Part shown: piece by piece, positions 10,367 to 18,282 of the stretch | Position numbering within the stretch: position 1 is the stretch's first letter | How the letters are laid out: each line of letters opens with the position of its first letter | Origin: Prochlorococcus marinus subsp. pastoris str. CCMP1986 | GTDB taxonomy: Bacteria; Cyanobacteriota; Cyanobacteriia; PCC-6307; Cyanobiaceae | Assembly: GCF_000011465.1 (NCBI RefSeq) | Contig: NC_005072.1 | Location: 1-32,000 of the forward strand | Reading direction: 5' to 3' | Length of the DNA stretch: 32,000 nt | Position numbers and translations under genes: made by a program | Notes under the pieces: model-generated | The model's database searches: none | What the model saw: the letters and a program-made list of their open reading frames with translations, nothing else | What the model was told of the DNA's origin: nothing

Positions 10367-11104
10367 TTGGTTGAATCTACTCAAAGTCAAGATTCGAACC
10401 TAGGAACTAGGCTCCAACAAGATTTAAAAAATGATCTGATAGCAGGGTTGTTAGTTGTTATTCCATTGGCAACCACTATTTGGCTTTCTTCTATTGTTAG
10501 TAAATTTGTTCTTACATTAGTTACTTCAGTCCCTAAACAATTAAACCCATTTATTACATTAAATCCTTTATTACAAGATTTAATTAATTTAACCTTAGGT
10601 TTAACAGTACCTTTATTGGCAATTTTGCTAATTGGTTTGATGGCGAGAAATTTTGTTGGAAGGTGGTTGTTAGAATTTGGAGAAGGTACTTTATCAAAGA
10701 TTCCAGTCGCAGGGGCAGTTTATAAAACTCTAAAACAATTACTTGAAACTTTTTTAAGTAATAAATCCAATAGATTTAGAAGAGTTGTTTTAGTAGAGTA
10801 TCCACGAGAGGGTTTATTTAGTGTTGGGTTTGTAACTGGGGATGTTGGCCCATCACTTCAATCAGAATTAGATGAGAAATTATTAAGTGTTTTTATACCT
10901 ACTGCCCCTAACCCAACGACAGGTTGGTATACATTAGTTCCTGAATCGTCTGTTAAAGATCTTGCTATTTCAGTAGAAGATGCATTTAGAACAATAATTT
11001 CGGTAGGTATTGTTAATCCTGATGAAAAAGATAGCTCTTCAAATCCTACTTTTTCGAAATTATTTTCCCAACTAAGAGCTTCTACAAATACTTCATCTAC
11101 TTAA
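10367..11104 (+). CDS. DUF502-family integral membrane protein
   Basis: 245-aa ORF. LKNDLIAGLLVVIPLATTIWL plus a second TM segment and IPTAPNPTTGWY are typical of DUF502. The only start candidate near the conserved N-terminus is the TTG at 10367. Confidence 0.75.
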   Translation: MVESTQSQDSNLGTRLQQDLKNDLIAGLLVVIPLATTIWLSSIVSKFVLTLVTSVPKQLNPFITLNPLLQDLINLTLGLTVPLLAILLIGLMARNFVGRWLLEFGEGTLSKIPVAGAVYKTLKQLLETFLSNKSNRFRRVVLVEYPREGLFSVGFVTGDVGPSLQSELDEKLLSVFIPTAPNPTTGWYTLVPESSVKDLAISVEDAFRTIISVGIVNPDEKDSSSNPTFSKLFSQLRASTNTSST

Positions 11105-11107
11105 TTG

Positions 11108-11734
11108 ATGCATAACAGATCGCTATCACGAGAATTGTCTTTACTTTCATTAGGTCTTATCAAAGATACGGCAGATTTAGAATTAAATAAAATTCAAATT
11201 GATGAAATTTTTGAATCCGCTTTAGATTCTTTAATAAACCACTGTAGAGATGAGTTAGATAATTGTGAAGCAGATTTAGAAAATGTATCGCAACATATTT
11301 TAGATAGTGAATTAAAGGAAGGTAGTAATTCTTCTTTTGCAAATGTTCGAGATGAACTTAAAAAAGCTTTTTATAAAATGGAATCAGTAATGAACTCACT
11401 TTCAGTTACTTTAGATTTTCCAAAATTGATTGTATCAAGTAATCAAATTGACATTAGAGAAGATGTAAATCATAGAATTTTAAGCATAATTAATAATTTA
11501 AAATCTATAGACTCGGAAATTGACGAAGTAATGGATAGATGGAGATTAAAAAGGTTGCCTAGGGTTGATCGTGACATATTACGCTTAGCTTATGTTGATA
11601 TTCATTTTTTAGACACTCCTGTAGCAGTTGCATGTGATGAGGCCGTTAATTTAGCAAACAAATATTGTGATACACAAGGTAGAAAAATGATAAACGGGGT
11701 TTTAAGGAGATTGCAAAGAGTTAAGGTGAATTAA
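11108..11734 (+). CDS. nusB: Transcription antitermination factor NusB (long cyanobacterial form)
   Basis: The ORF track starts at the TTG at 11105, and an ATG follows at 11108. N-terminal SRELSLLSLG and C-terminal DRDILRLAYVDIHFLDTPVAVACDEAVNLANKY..GRKMINGVLRRL match NusB. The gene directly abuts the DUF502 stop at 11102-11104. Confidence 0.88.
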   Translation: MHNRSLSRELSLLSLGLIKDTADLELNKIQIDEIFESALDSLINHCRDELDNCEADLENVSQHILDSELKEGSNSSFANVRDELKKAFYKMESVMNSLSVTLDFPKLIVSSNQIDIREDVNHRILSIINNLKSIDSEIDEVMDRWRLKRLPRVDRDILRLAYVDIHFLDTPVAVACDEAVNLANKYCDTQGRKMINGVLRRLQRVKVN

Positions 11735-11792
11735 TTATTTGATATAAATCAATAATTTTTTATAATTTAATAAAATACGATAAAAAATATTT

Positions 11793-13115
11793 ATGACTAA
11801 TAATGAATCTGATAGTTCTCTTGAATGGGCTTCACAAGCTTATGCTTTGTTAAAACAAAAACAAGAATTAAAAAAACAAGAAGATCAACTTAAAGCAGAA
11901 GAACTAAAAGCAGAGCAATTAAAGGTAGAAGAACTAAAAGCAGAGCAATTAAAGGCAGAAGAACTAAAAGCAGAGCAATTAAAGGCAGAAGAACTAAAAG
12001 CAGAGCAATTAAAGGCAGAAGAACTAAAAGCAGAGCAATTAAAGGTAGAAGTTAATAAACAGAATTTTTCTAATTTGCAAGATGATACAGAAGTTAAATT
12101 AGGAGATTTTGATGATGATTTTACTTGGTCAGCAATGGTGTTGGCTGCGCAGGGTAAAAAAGTAAATGAAATATCAATTGATGAAATAGATTGGTTGAGT
12201 AAATTACGAAGAGGATTAGAAGAAACAAGAAAAGGTTTTGTATCAGAATTATTAGATAAATTAGGAGATGATCCACTTACACCAGAATCTTTAGATGATT
12301 TAGAGACATTATTAATAAGAGCTGATGTTGGTATTGACTCAACAGATAAAGTAATTAATGCACTTAGGAAAAAATTAAATGAAGAAGTTGTTGGAGGAGA
12401 AGAAGGAATAAAATTTTTAAAAGATGAATTACGAGCAATCATTGAAAAACCAATAAAAAATTCTGGAACAAATATTCTTGTTCCACAGAAAGGGAAGTTG
12501 AATGTTTGGCTAATAGTGGGAGTAAATGGAGTTGGCAAAACAACAACTTTGGGGAAACTTGCTTATTTGTCATCAAAAAGTAACTATAAAACTTTAATAG
12601 CAGCAGCTGATACTTTCAGAGCAGCAGCCGTAGAACAATTACAGGTATGGGGTGATAGAAGTAAAGTAGATGTTATTTCGAATCAATCAAAGAATGCAGA
12701 TCCAGCAGCCGTAGTTTTTGATGCTATTAACGCAGCAAACAAACGCAAAAGCGACCTATTACTCGTAGATACTGCAGGAAGGCTACAAAATAAAAATAAT
12801 CTTATGGATGAATTATCAAAAATAAAAAAAATTATTGACAAAAAAGTCCCTGATGCAATCATTGAGTCTTTATTAGTTTTAGATGCTAGTCAAGGACAAA
12901 ATGGATTAAAGCAGGCAAAAAGTTTTGCAAAATCTGCAAATTTAAGTGGTGCAATTATTACTAAATTAGATGGTACTTCAAGAGGTGGCGTTTCTCTGGC
13001 TGTTTCTGCAGAAGTCAATCTGCCGATAAGATTTATCGGCGCTGGAGAGGGTATTAAAGATTTAAGACCATTTAATAGCTTTGAGTTTGTTGAGGCTTTG
13101 CTTGCTGATAGATAA
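11793..13115 (+). CDS. ftsY: Signal recognition particle receptor FtsY
   Basis: 440-aa ORF. NG-domain motifs GVNGVGKTTTLGKLA, DTAGRL and TKLDGTSRGG are present. The N-terminal A-domain is charged and repetitive. Confidence 0.96.
   Translation: MTNNESDSSLEWASQAYALLKQKQELKKQEDQLKAEELKAEQLKVEELKAEQLKAEELKAEQLKAEELKAEQLKAEELKAEQLKVEVNKQNFSNLQDDTEVKLGDFDDDFTWSAMVLAAQGKKVNEISIDEIDWLSKLRRGLEETRKGFVSELLDKLGDDPLTPESLDDLETLLIRADVGIDSTDKVINALRKKLNEEVVGGEEGIKFLKDELRAIIEKPIKNSGTNILVPQKGKLNVWLIVGVNGVGKTTTLGKLAYLSSKSNYKTLIAAADTFRAAAVEQLQVWGDRSKVDVISNQSKNADPAAVVFDAINAANKRKSDLLLVDTAGRLQNKNNLMDELSKIKKIIDKKVPDAIIESLLVLDASQGQNGLKQAKSFAKSANLSGAIITKLDGTSRGGVSLAVSAEVNLPIRFIGAGEGIKDLRPFNSFEFVEALLADR
11895..12051 (+). 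repeat. In-frame 30-bp tandem repeat, 5 full copies plus a partial, inside ftsY
   Basis: The unit is GCAGAAGAACTAAAAGCAGAGCAATTAAAG, encoding AEELKAEQLK. Copies sit at 11895, 11925, 11955, 11985 and 12015. Copies 1, 3, 4 and 5 are identical. Copy 2 differs by a single C>T change (GCA>GTA, Ala>Val). Confidence 0.95.
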
Positions 13116-13182
13116 AAATTTAATTAATTTTTTTTAAAAAGGTATTTTTAGTGTTAAAACATACCTATGGCTTCTATGTGTT

Positions 13183-14526
13183 TTGTCTAAAATCCAAAAA
13201 GAAAAATTATTGTCTAATGACGTTATTCAAGAATTTTTAGAGAAGGATTATAAATTTCCTCTTCATGAGAATGATAAATTTATAGAAACAGCATCTTCAT
13301 TATCCTATTATTTAAAATCTTTTTCAAATATAAAAAGATTTCTTGATTATATTTCTTTAATTTTAAAACATACTTTTAATAATCAATTAAGTTTTATTAT
13401 TCCTTTGAATGAAAATGGAGAAATATGGAAACAAAATATTAAGTTTGCTGGTGCAACAAAAAATCTAAAAATGGATGATGAGATTAAAAGTTATTTTAAC
13501 AATTTTGATTTCTCTAAAAATTTTAAATTAAAAGATGATATTTCTTTTGAAAAAGTTTTAAATAATCAATTTAAAGAATATGTAATTAAGTCTTATAAAG
13601 TTTTGTCACGAGGAAAATGTAGAGGATTTGTATATACCTTTAAAAAAGATACTTTCAATGATTCTTTAAAATATGAGCGCAATTTAAACTTTATTATTAG
13701 TTGTTTGGCAATTGGTTTAGAAAACTATTCGTTAATTAAAGCAAAAAAGAAGCATGAAAACGTAGATAGAGAAATTTCTATTGGAGCAGAAATCCAATCG
13801 CAACTTTTACCCGATTATTGTCCAACCATTAATGGTGTAGATTTAGCTGCGCACTGTAGGCCAGCTCTGCAATTAGGAGGAGATTATTATGATTTCATGT
13901 CTTTGAAAACAAATATTTCTGAGAAGAGACGCGAAAAAGCAAGGTGGGCTTTAGTTATTGGAGACGTTATGGGGAAGGGCCTTCCAGCAGGTCTCTTTAT
14001 GACTATGTTAAGAGGAATGCTAAGAGCAGAGGTTTTGACTGGGTTACCTCCAGATAGAATATTGCATGATTTAAATCAGTTAGCTATTTATGATTTAGAT
14101 CAATCGCATAGATTTATAACTTTATTTTATTCTGATTATGATCCTAGAACAAAAAAATTAAGGTATGCAAATGCTGCACATAATCCTCCTTTGCTTTGGA
14201 AAAGTTCTGAGCAAAAAATTATTAAATTAGATTCAGAAGGTTTTGTTCTTGGTTTGCAAAATGATGCTGAATATCAATGTGGTCAAATACAACTTAATAA
14301 AAACGATGCAATTCTTTATTATACAGATGGAGTAACTGACACTTCTAATGCTTTAGGCGAAAGATTTGATGAAGAACGTTTAATTCAATCCTTTTCAAAA
14401 TTATGTCAGCAATCACTTAAATCTAAAGATATTTTAAATAAGATTTATAAGATATTAGATGAGTTTACTGGTAAAAATAGACAATTGGAAGACGATGCTT
14501 CTATCGTAGTCTTTCAGTTAGATTAG
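13183..14526 (+). CDS. PP2C/SpoIIE-family serine phosphatase (RsbU-like) with an uncharacterised N-terminal domain
   Basis: 447-aa ORF. The C-terminal half carries SpoIIE/PP2C motifs GGDYYDF, GDVMGKGLPAG, ANAAHNPP, YYTDGVTD and DDASIVV. The start is a TTG; the first in-frame ATG is about 95 codons downstream. Confidence 0.85.
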   Translation: MSKIQKEKLLSNDVIQEFLEKDYKFPLHENDKFIETASSLSYYLKSFSNIKRFLDYISLILKHTFNNQLSFIIPLNENGEIWKQNIKFAGATKNLKMDDEIKSYFNNFDFSKNFKLKDDISFEKVLNNQFKEYVIKSYKVLSRGKCRGFVYTFKKDTFNDSLKYERNLNFIISCLAIGLENYSLIKAKKKHENVDREISIGAEIQSQLLPDYCPTINGVDLAAHCRPALQLGGDYYDFMSLKTNISEKRREKARWALVIGDVMGKGLPAGLFMTMLRGMLRAEVLTGLPPDRILHDLNQLAIYDLDQSHRFITLFYSDYDPRTKKLRYANAAHNPPLLWKSSEQKIIKLDSEGFVLGLQNDAEYQCGQIQLNKNDAILYYTDGVTDTSNALGERFDEERLIQSFSKLCQQSLKSKDILNKIYKILDEFTGKNRQLEDDASIVVFQLD

Positions 14527-14584
14527 ATTTTTTGTCACATATATAAAATAATGCTTTATTAGAAGTAATTAACGTTTAATTCAT

Positions 14585-15964
14585 ATGTCCAAAGTTTGGA
14601 GTAATAGGTTTGATGGTAGTCTGAATCCTTTCATTGAAGAGTTTAATGCTTCAATCAGTTTTGACAAAACACTAATTTTAGAAGACATAGAGTGTTCTAT
14701 AGCTCATGCCAAAATGCTTAGTAAAACCAAGGTTTTGTCCACTGATGAGTCTTTAAAAATTATCGAGGGTTTAGAAACTATAAAAGAAAAATTTATTGAA
14801 GGCAAATTTTGCCCCGGGGCTCCATCGGAGGATATACATTATTGCATTGAAGAAAAACTAATTAATTTAATTGGTGAAACTGGAAAAAAATTACATACAG
14901 GTAGAAGTAGAAATGATCAGGTTGGAACAGATATCAGATTATGGTTGAGAAAAAAAATTGATAATATTGATATCTTATTGTACGAATTACAAAATTCTTT
15001 ATTTTCGATTGCCGAATCAAATATTTATACATTAATACCTGGTTATACCCATATGCAAAGAGCGCAACCTCTATCTCTTGCCCATCATCTTTTGGCGTAT
15101 CTTGAAATGTTTCAAAGAGACCGTGAAAGGCTTAAAGAAGTTAGAGCTAGGGTTAATATTTCGCCCTTAGGCGCAGCAGCTTTAGCGGGGACTAAAATTA
15201 AAATAGATAGATATTTTACTGCTGAAGAATTAGGTTTTGGAAATATTTATAAAAATAGTATTGATGCTGTAAGTGACAGAGATTTTTGTATTGAATTTGC
15301 TTCAAGTTCTGCTTTAATAATGTCTCATTTGAGTAGAATTTCCGAAGAAATAATCTTGTGGGTTACTGATGAGTTTTCTTTTGCAAAATTAACTGATAAG
15401 TGTGCGACTGGAAGTAGCTTAATGCCTCAGAAGAAGAATCCAGATGTTCCTGAATTAATAAGGGGTAAAACGGGTCGAGTTTATGGACATCTTCAATCTT
15501 TATTAACCATGATAAAGGGAGTGCCTCTTTCATATAATAAGGACTTCCAAGAGGATAAAGAGCCAATTTTTGACACAGTAGATACTATTTCTTCTTGCTT
15601 AAAAGCTATGACAATTTTATTAAATGAAGGAATAGAGTTTAATGTTGAAAAGTTAATGGATTCTGTTCATAATGATTTTTCTAATGCAACTGATTTAGCA
15701 GATTATCTAGTATTTAAGAAGGTTCCTTTCAGAGAGGCATATCAAGTGGTTGGAGATATTGTGAAGTATTGTTTAAGTAAAAACATATTATTTAAAGATT
15801 TACAATTAGAAGAATTTCAAACATTTCATAATGAATTTAAAGAAGATATTTATGAAAACCTCAATCCTATGAACGTAGTCAAGTCCAGAAATAGTTTAGG
15901 TGGAACAGGATTCGATCAAGTCAAACTTGAATTAAATAATTGGAAGAAAAAATTATTCACCTAA
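14585..15964 (+). CDS. argH: Argininosuccinate lyase
   Basis: 459-aa ORF. The fumarate-lyase signature [11 protein letters not shown] is present. [11 protein letters not shown] and [10 protein letters not shown] are typical of ArgH. Confidence 0.96.
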   Translation: MSKVWSNRFDGSLNPFIEEFNASISFDKTLILEDIECSIAHAKMLSKTKVLSTDESLKIIEGLETIKEKFIEGKFCPGAPSEDIHYCIEEKLINLIGETGKKLHTGRSRNDQVGTDIRLWLRKKIDNIDILLYELQNSLFSIAESNIYTLIPGYTHMQRAQPLSLAHHLLAYLEMFQRDRERLKEVRARVNISPLGAAALAGTKIKIDRYFTAEELGFGNIYKNSIDAVSDRDFCIEFASSSALIMSHLSRISEEIILWVTDEFSFAKLTDKCATGSSLMPQKKNPDVPELIRGKTGRVYGHLQSLLTMIKGVPLSYNKDFQEDKEPIFDTVDTISSCLKAMTILLNEGIEFNVEKLMDSVHNDFSNATDLADYLVFKKVPFREAYQVVGDIVKYCLSKNILFKDLQLEEFQTFHNEFKEDIYENLNPMNVVKSRNSLGGTGFDQVKLELNNWKKKLFT

Positions 15965-16026
15965 ATCTCAATTAATTTTCTACAACAAGGTATGTATTGA
16001 AGTAGAATAATATAGTAATGTATATG

Positions 16027-16045
16027 AACTACTTAATTAGTAGTT
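16027..16045 (+). promoter_or_regulatory. Hairpin in the argH-rbp spacer, either a weak argH terminator or an rbp 5' leader structure
   Basis: AACTACT-TAATT-AGTAGTT forms a 7-bp stem followed by TTTAT. It lies 63 nt after the argH stop and 36 nt before the probable rbp GTG. Confidence 0.3.
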
Positions 16046-16080
16046 TTTATCTTGGTTATTATTTTAAAGTTGAGTTTCAA

Positions 16081-16683
16081 GTGAGTATTTTTGTTGGCAA
16101 TTTGCCTTTCCGCGCAGAGCGAGAAGACATCTTAGAATTATTTACACCGTACGGTGAAGTTATGAATTGTTCTCTTCCCTTAGAAAGAGATACAGGTAGA
16201 AAAAGAGGTTTTGCTTTTGTCGAAATGGCAGATGAAGCACTTGAAACATCAGCTATTGATGGGCTTCAAGGAACTGAGCTTATGGGAAGGCCTTTAAGAA
16301 TCAATAAAGCCGAGCCAAGAGGCGGCGGGGGAGGTCCACGCAGAGGCGGCGGTGGCGGTAGAGGCGGTTACGGCGGTGGCGGTAATGGTGGCGGTTACGG
16401 CGGTGGCGGTAATGGTGGCGGTTACGGCGGTGGCGGTAATGGTGGCGGTTACGGCGGTGGCGGTAATGGTGGCGGTTACGGCGGTGGCGGTAGAGGCGGT
16501 TACGGCGGTGGCGGTAATTATTCTGAACCTGCTTCTTCTTACGTTAATAAATCTTCTGGAGCAGAAGGTTGGGAAGATAGAAGTTATGGAAATTCTTCCG
16601 AAAATTCTGACTTTGAAAACGGCAGAAGTAGAAGAAAAAGAAGTGTTGCAAGCAATTCTGAAATATCTCAAGAAGGGAATTAA
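16081..16683 (+). CDS. RRM-type RNA-binding protein with a glycine-rich C-terminal domain
   Basis: RNP2 IFVGNL and RNP1 KRGFAFVEM are present. The track ORF begins at 16018, but its first 21 codons (MYMNYLISSFYLGYYFKVEFQ) look non-coding. The GTG at 16081 gives the canonical MSIFVGNLPF N-terminus. The C-terminus has (GGYGGGGNG)n followed by a Ser/Glu/Asn tail. Confidence 0.88.
   Translation: MSIFVGNLPFRAEREDILELFTPYGEVMNCSLPLERDTGRKRGFAFVEMADEALETSAIDGLQGTELMGRPLRINKAEPRGGGGGPRRGGGGGRGGYGGGGNGGGYGGGGNGGGYGGGGNGGGYGGGGNGGGYGGGGRGGYGGGGNYSEPASSYVNKSSGAEGWEDRSYGNSSENSDFENGRSRRKRSVASNSEISQEGN
16345..16517 (+). repeat. GC-rich in-frame 27-bp tandem repeat encoding GGYGGGGNG
   Basis: Four perfect copies of GGCGGTTACGGCGGTGGCGGTAATGGT occupy 16363-16470. 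Degenerate copies flank them on both sides. The patch is built almost entirely of GGC/GGT codons within AT-rich DNA. Confidence 0.95.
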
Positions 16684-17684
16684 AAACCCATTTTTTGTAA
16701 TTCTGAAGCTTTTTTGCTTAAGTAATCAATACTTAATTCTTGTCTAATCGATTTGGTAGAAATTTCATTTCTCCAAACCTTTGCGTTTGGGATACCTTCT
16801 ACAAGATTTATTAAATGTTTGCATATATCCCAAGTTTTGCCTTCATTTTTTAAATGTTTTTCAATATAAGGAACCAATGAAAAAATGATTTCGGAAGCTT
16901 TTTTGCTTTTGGTACTTTCACCATATATTTTTTGATCAATTTCAGACCACCTTAATGGATATTTGTAAGCTGATCTTCCTATCATTACACCATCTAAATC
17001 ATTAAGTGCTTCTATGCATTGATCAATATTCGTAAAACCTCCATTTATTTCTATAATTAGTTTTGGATTGTTTTTCTTTAATTTCCGAACCACATCATAT
17101 TTAAGTGGCGGTATGGTTCTATTTTGCTTGGGATTTAGACCTTTTAATATTGCTTTTCTTGCATGAACAGTAAATCTGTCTGCTCCAGCATTTGCAATTT
17201 CTTTTACGAAACTATCTAATTTATCAAAACTATCTTCTTCATCAACGCCAATTCTATGTTTGATAGTAACGGGTAAACTACAATTATTTTTTAGCGATTC
17301 TATACATTTTGCTACTTTGATGGGTTCTTTCATTAGTGAAGCACCAAAGTTTCCGGAACATACTCTTGGGCTTGGACATCCCACATTGAAGTTAATTTCA
17401 TCGTATCCCCAATCTTGAGCCATTTTTGCAGCCTCTTCAAGCATTTTTGGGTTGTCTCCTCCAAACTGAATTGATAATGGATGTTCTTCTGAATTAAAGT
17501 CCAAAAACCTCTCTTTTTTGTCTGTATAGATTAAACTCTGAGCTACTATCATTTCAGTATATAAGAGCGCTTTAGAACTTATTTTTCTAATTATCATCCT
17601 AAAGTGTTTGTCTGTACAATCCATCATTGGAGCAACACTTATTTTATGTAGATTGTTTATAGTATTAATCTGATAACTTTTCAT
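16680..17684 (-). CDS. dusA: tRNA-dihydrouridine synthase A
   Basis: 334-aa ORF. ISVAPMMDCTDKHFRMIIRKIS..LYTEMIV and the TIM-barrel motifs NFNVGCPSPRV and INGG fit DusA. Confidence 0.9.
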   Translation of the reverse strand: MKSYQINTINNLHKISVAPMMDCTDKHFRMIIRKISSKALLYTEMIVAQSLIYTDKKERFLDFNSEEHPLSIQFGGDNPKMLEEAAKMAQDWGYDEINFNVGCPSPRVCSGNFGASLMKEPIKVAKCIESLKNNCSLPVTIKHRIGVDEEDSFDKLDSFVKEIANAGADRFTVHARKAILKGLNPKQNRTIPPLKYDVVRKLKKNNPKLIIEINGGFTNIDQCIEALNDLDGVMIGRSAYKYPLRWSEIDQKIYGESTKSKKASEIIFSLVPYIEKHLKNEGKTWDICKHLINLVEGIPNAKVWRNEISTKSIRQELSIDYLSKKASELQKMGF

Positions 17685-17711
17685 TAAATTCTATTCGATA
17701 TATTTGAAAAT

Positions 17712-18206
17712 ATGAATCAATTTTTTTCTAGAAGATCTTTTATTTTAATTCCTATCATGTCAATTTTGAAATTTATTCTTCAACCAAAGAAAGTATTAGC
17801 TGCATTTGCTGCTTCGGATGACGACTGGAATTTATCAAAAGAGGATTGGAAAAACAAACTTAGTCCGGAATCTTATTATATTTTGCGTGAAGAGGGTACT
17901 GAAAGAGCATTTAGTAGTCAGCTAAACAATGAGAAGCGGAAAGGTATATTTTATTGTGCAGGCTGTAATCAACCTCTTTTTACTTCTGATACTAAATTTG
18001 ATAGTGGTACTGGTTGGCCTAGCTTTTGGGATCCAATTCAAGGTTCTGTTGAAACGAAGGTAGATTTTAAATTAATTGTTCCAAGAACAGAATATCATTG
18101 TTCAAGATGCGGAGGTCATCAAGGTCATGTTTTTAATGACGGTCCTCTCCCAACAGGTAAAAGATATTGTAATAACGGTCTTGCCTTGAAGTTTATAGCC
18201 GAATAA
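17712..18206 (+). CDS. msrB: Peptide-methionine (R)-S-oxide reductase MsrB with an N-terminal Tat-type signal peptide
   Basis: 164-aa ORF. Zn-binding CxxC pairs (CAGC, CSRC) are present. GWPSFW, HQGHVFNDGP and the catalytic RYCNNG match MsrB. The N-terminus is MNQFFSRRSFILIP...AFA|A. Confidence 0.92.
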   Translation: MNQFFSRRSFILIPIMSILKFILQPKKVLAAFAASDDDWNLSKEDWKNKLSPESYYILREEGTERAFSSQLNNEKRKGIFYCAGCNQPLFTSDTKFDSGTGWPSFWDPIQGSVETKVDFKLIVPRTEYHCSRCGGHQGHVFNDGPLPTGKRYCNNGLALKFIAE

Positions 18207-18214
18207 TTAATTAG

Positions 18215-18238
18215 TGCGGCCTTCCGCAACTTGTTTTG
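18215..18238 (+). terminator. Candidate intrinsic terminator after msrB
   Basis: TGCGG-CCTT-CCGCA forms a 5-bp GC-rich stem with a tetraloop, followed by the T-rich ACTTGTTTTG. It lies 9 nt after the msrB stop. The stem is short. Confidence 0.4.
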
Positions 18239-18282
18239 TGCGTCAATTTCATTCACAATGGTTTTAATAAAAATTTAGGGTA

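Noticed and set aside
11885-12538. A 217-aa antisense ORF opposite the ftsY N-terminus, with its own FNCSAFSSSA repeats.
   Set aside because: It is created by the stop-free reverse complement of the 30-bp ftsY repeat plus adjacent sequence. The sense frame carries the FtsY A- and N-domains and joins the definitive NG-domain motifs.
13116-13182. A possible terminator hairpin, AGGTAT...ATACCT, after ftsY.
   Set aside because: The stem is only 6 bp and AT-rich, with a ~15-nt loop and no following U-tract. It cannot be distinguished from chance.
16018-16080. A 21-codon N-terminal extension of the RRM protein (MYMNYLISSFYLGYYFKVEFQ).
   Set aside because: RRM proteins of this class begin directly at the RNP2 strand. 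The extension is aromatic and hydrophobic junk typical of AT-rich leader sequence. The GTG at 16081 restores the canonical N-terminus. This still needs experimental confirmation.
11895-16517. Could either tandem repeat (11895-12051 or 16345-16517) be a CRISPR array or a mobile-element terminal repeat?
   Set aside because: The repeats are directly adjacent with no spacers. They are exact multiples of 3 nt, in frame with the host genes, and encode sensible peptide repeats. No cas, transposase or integrase genes are present in the window.
16294-16747. Two long ORFs (125 aa on the minus strand, 131 aa on the plus strand) overlap the Gly-rich repeat. They have (VTATITATA)n and (AVTAVAVMV)n repeats.
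   Set aside because: They are alternative-frame and antisense readings of a GGC/GGT repeat, which cannot contain stops. The RRM frame is contiguous with the RNP1 and RNP2 motifs.
18258-18278. A six-codon upstream ORF (ATG GTT TTA ATA AAA ATT TAG) ending 4 nt before the grpE ATG.
   Set aside because: It is very short, has no obvious ribosome-binding site, and is easily generated by chance in AT-rich sequence. I see no evidence of an attenuator structure.
18207-18282. A CIRCE/HrcA operator upstream of grpE, prompted by the sequence TTAGTGC.
   Set aside because: There is no match to the inverted repeat TTAGCACTC-N9-GAGTGCTAA. The only dyad is the short TGCGG/CCGCA hairpin, better explained as the msrB terminator.
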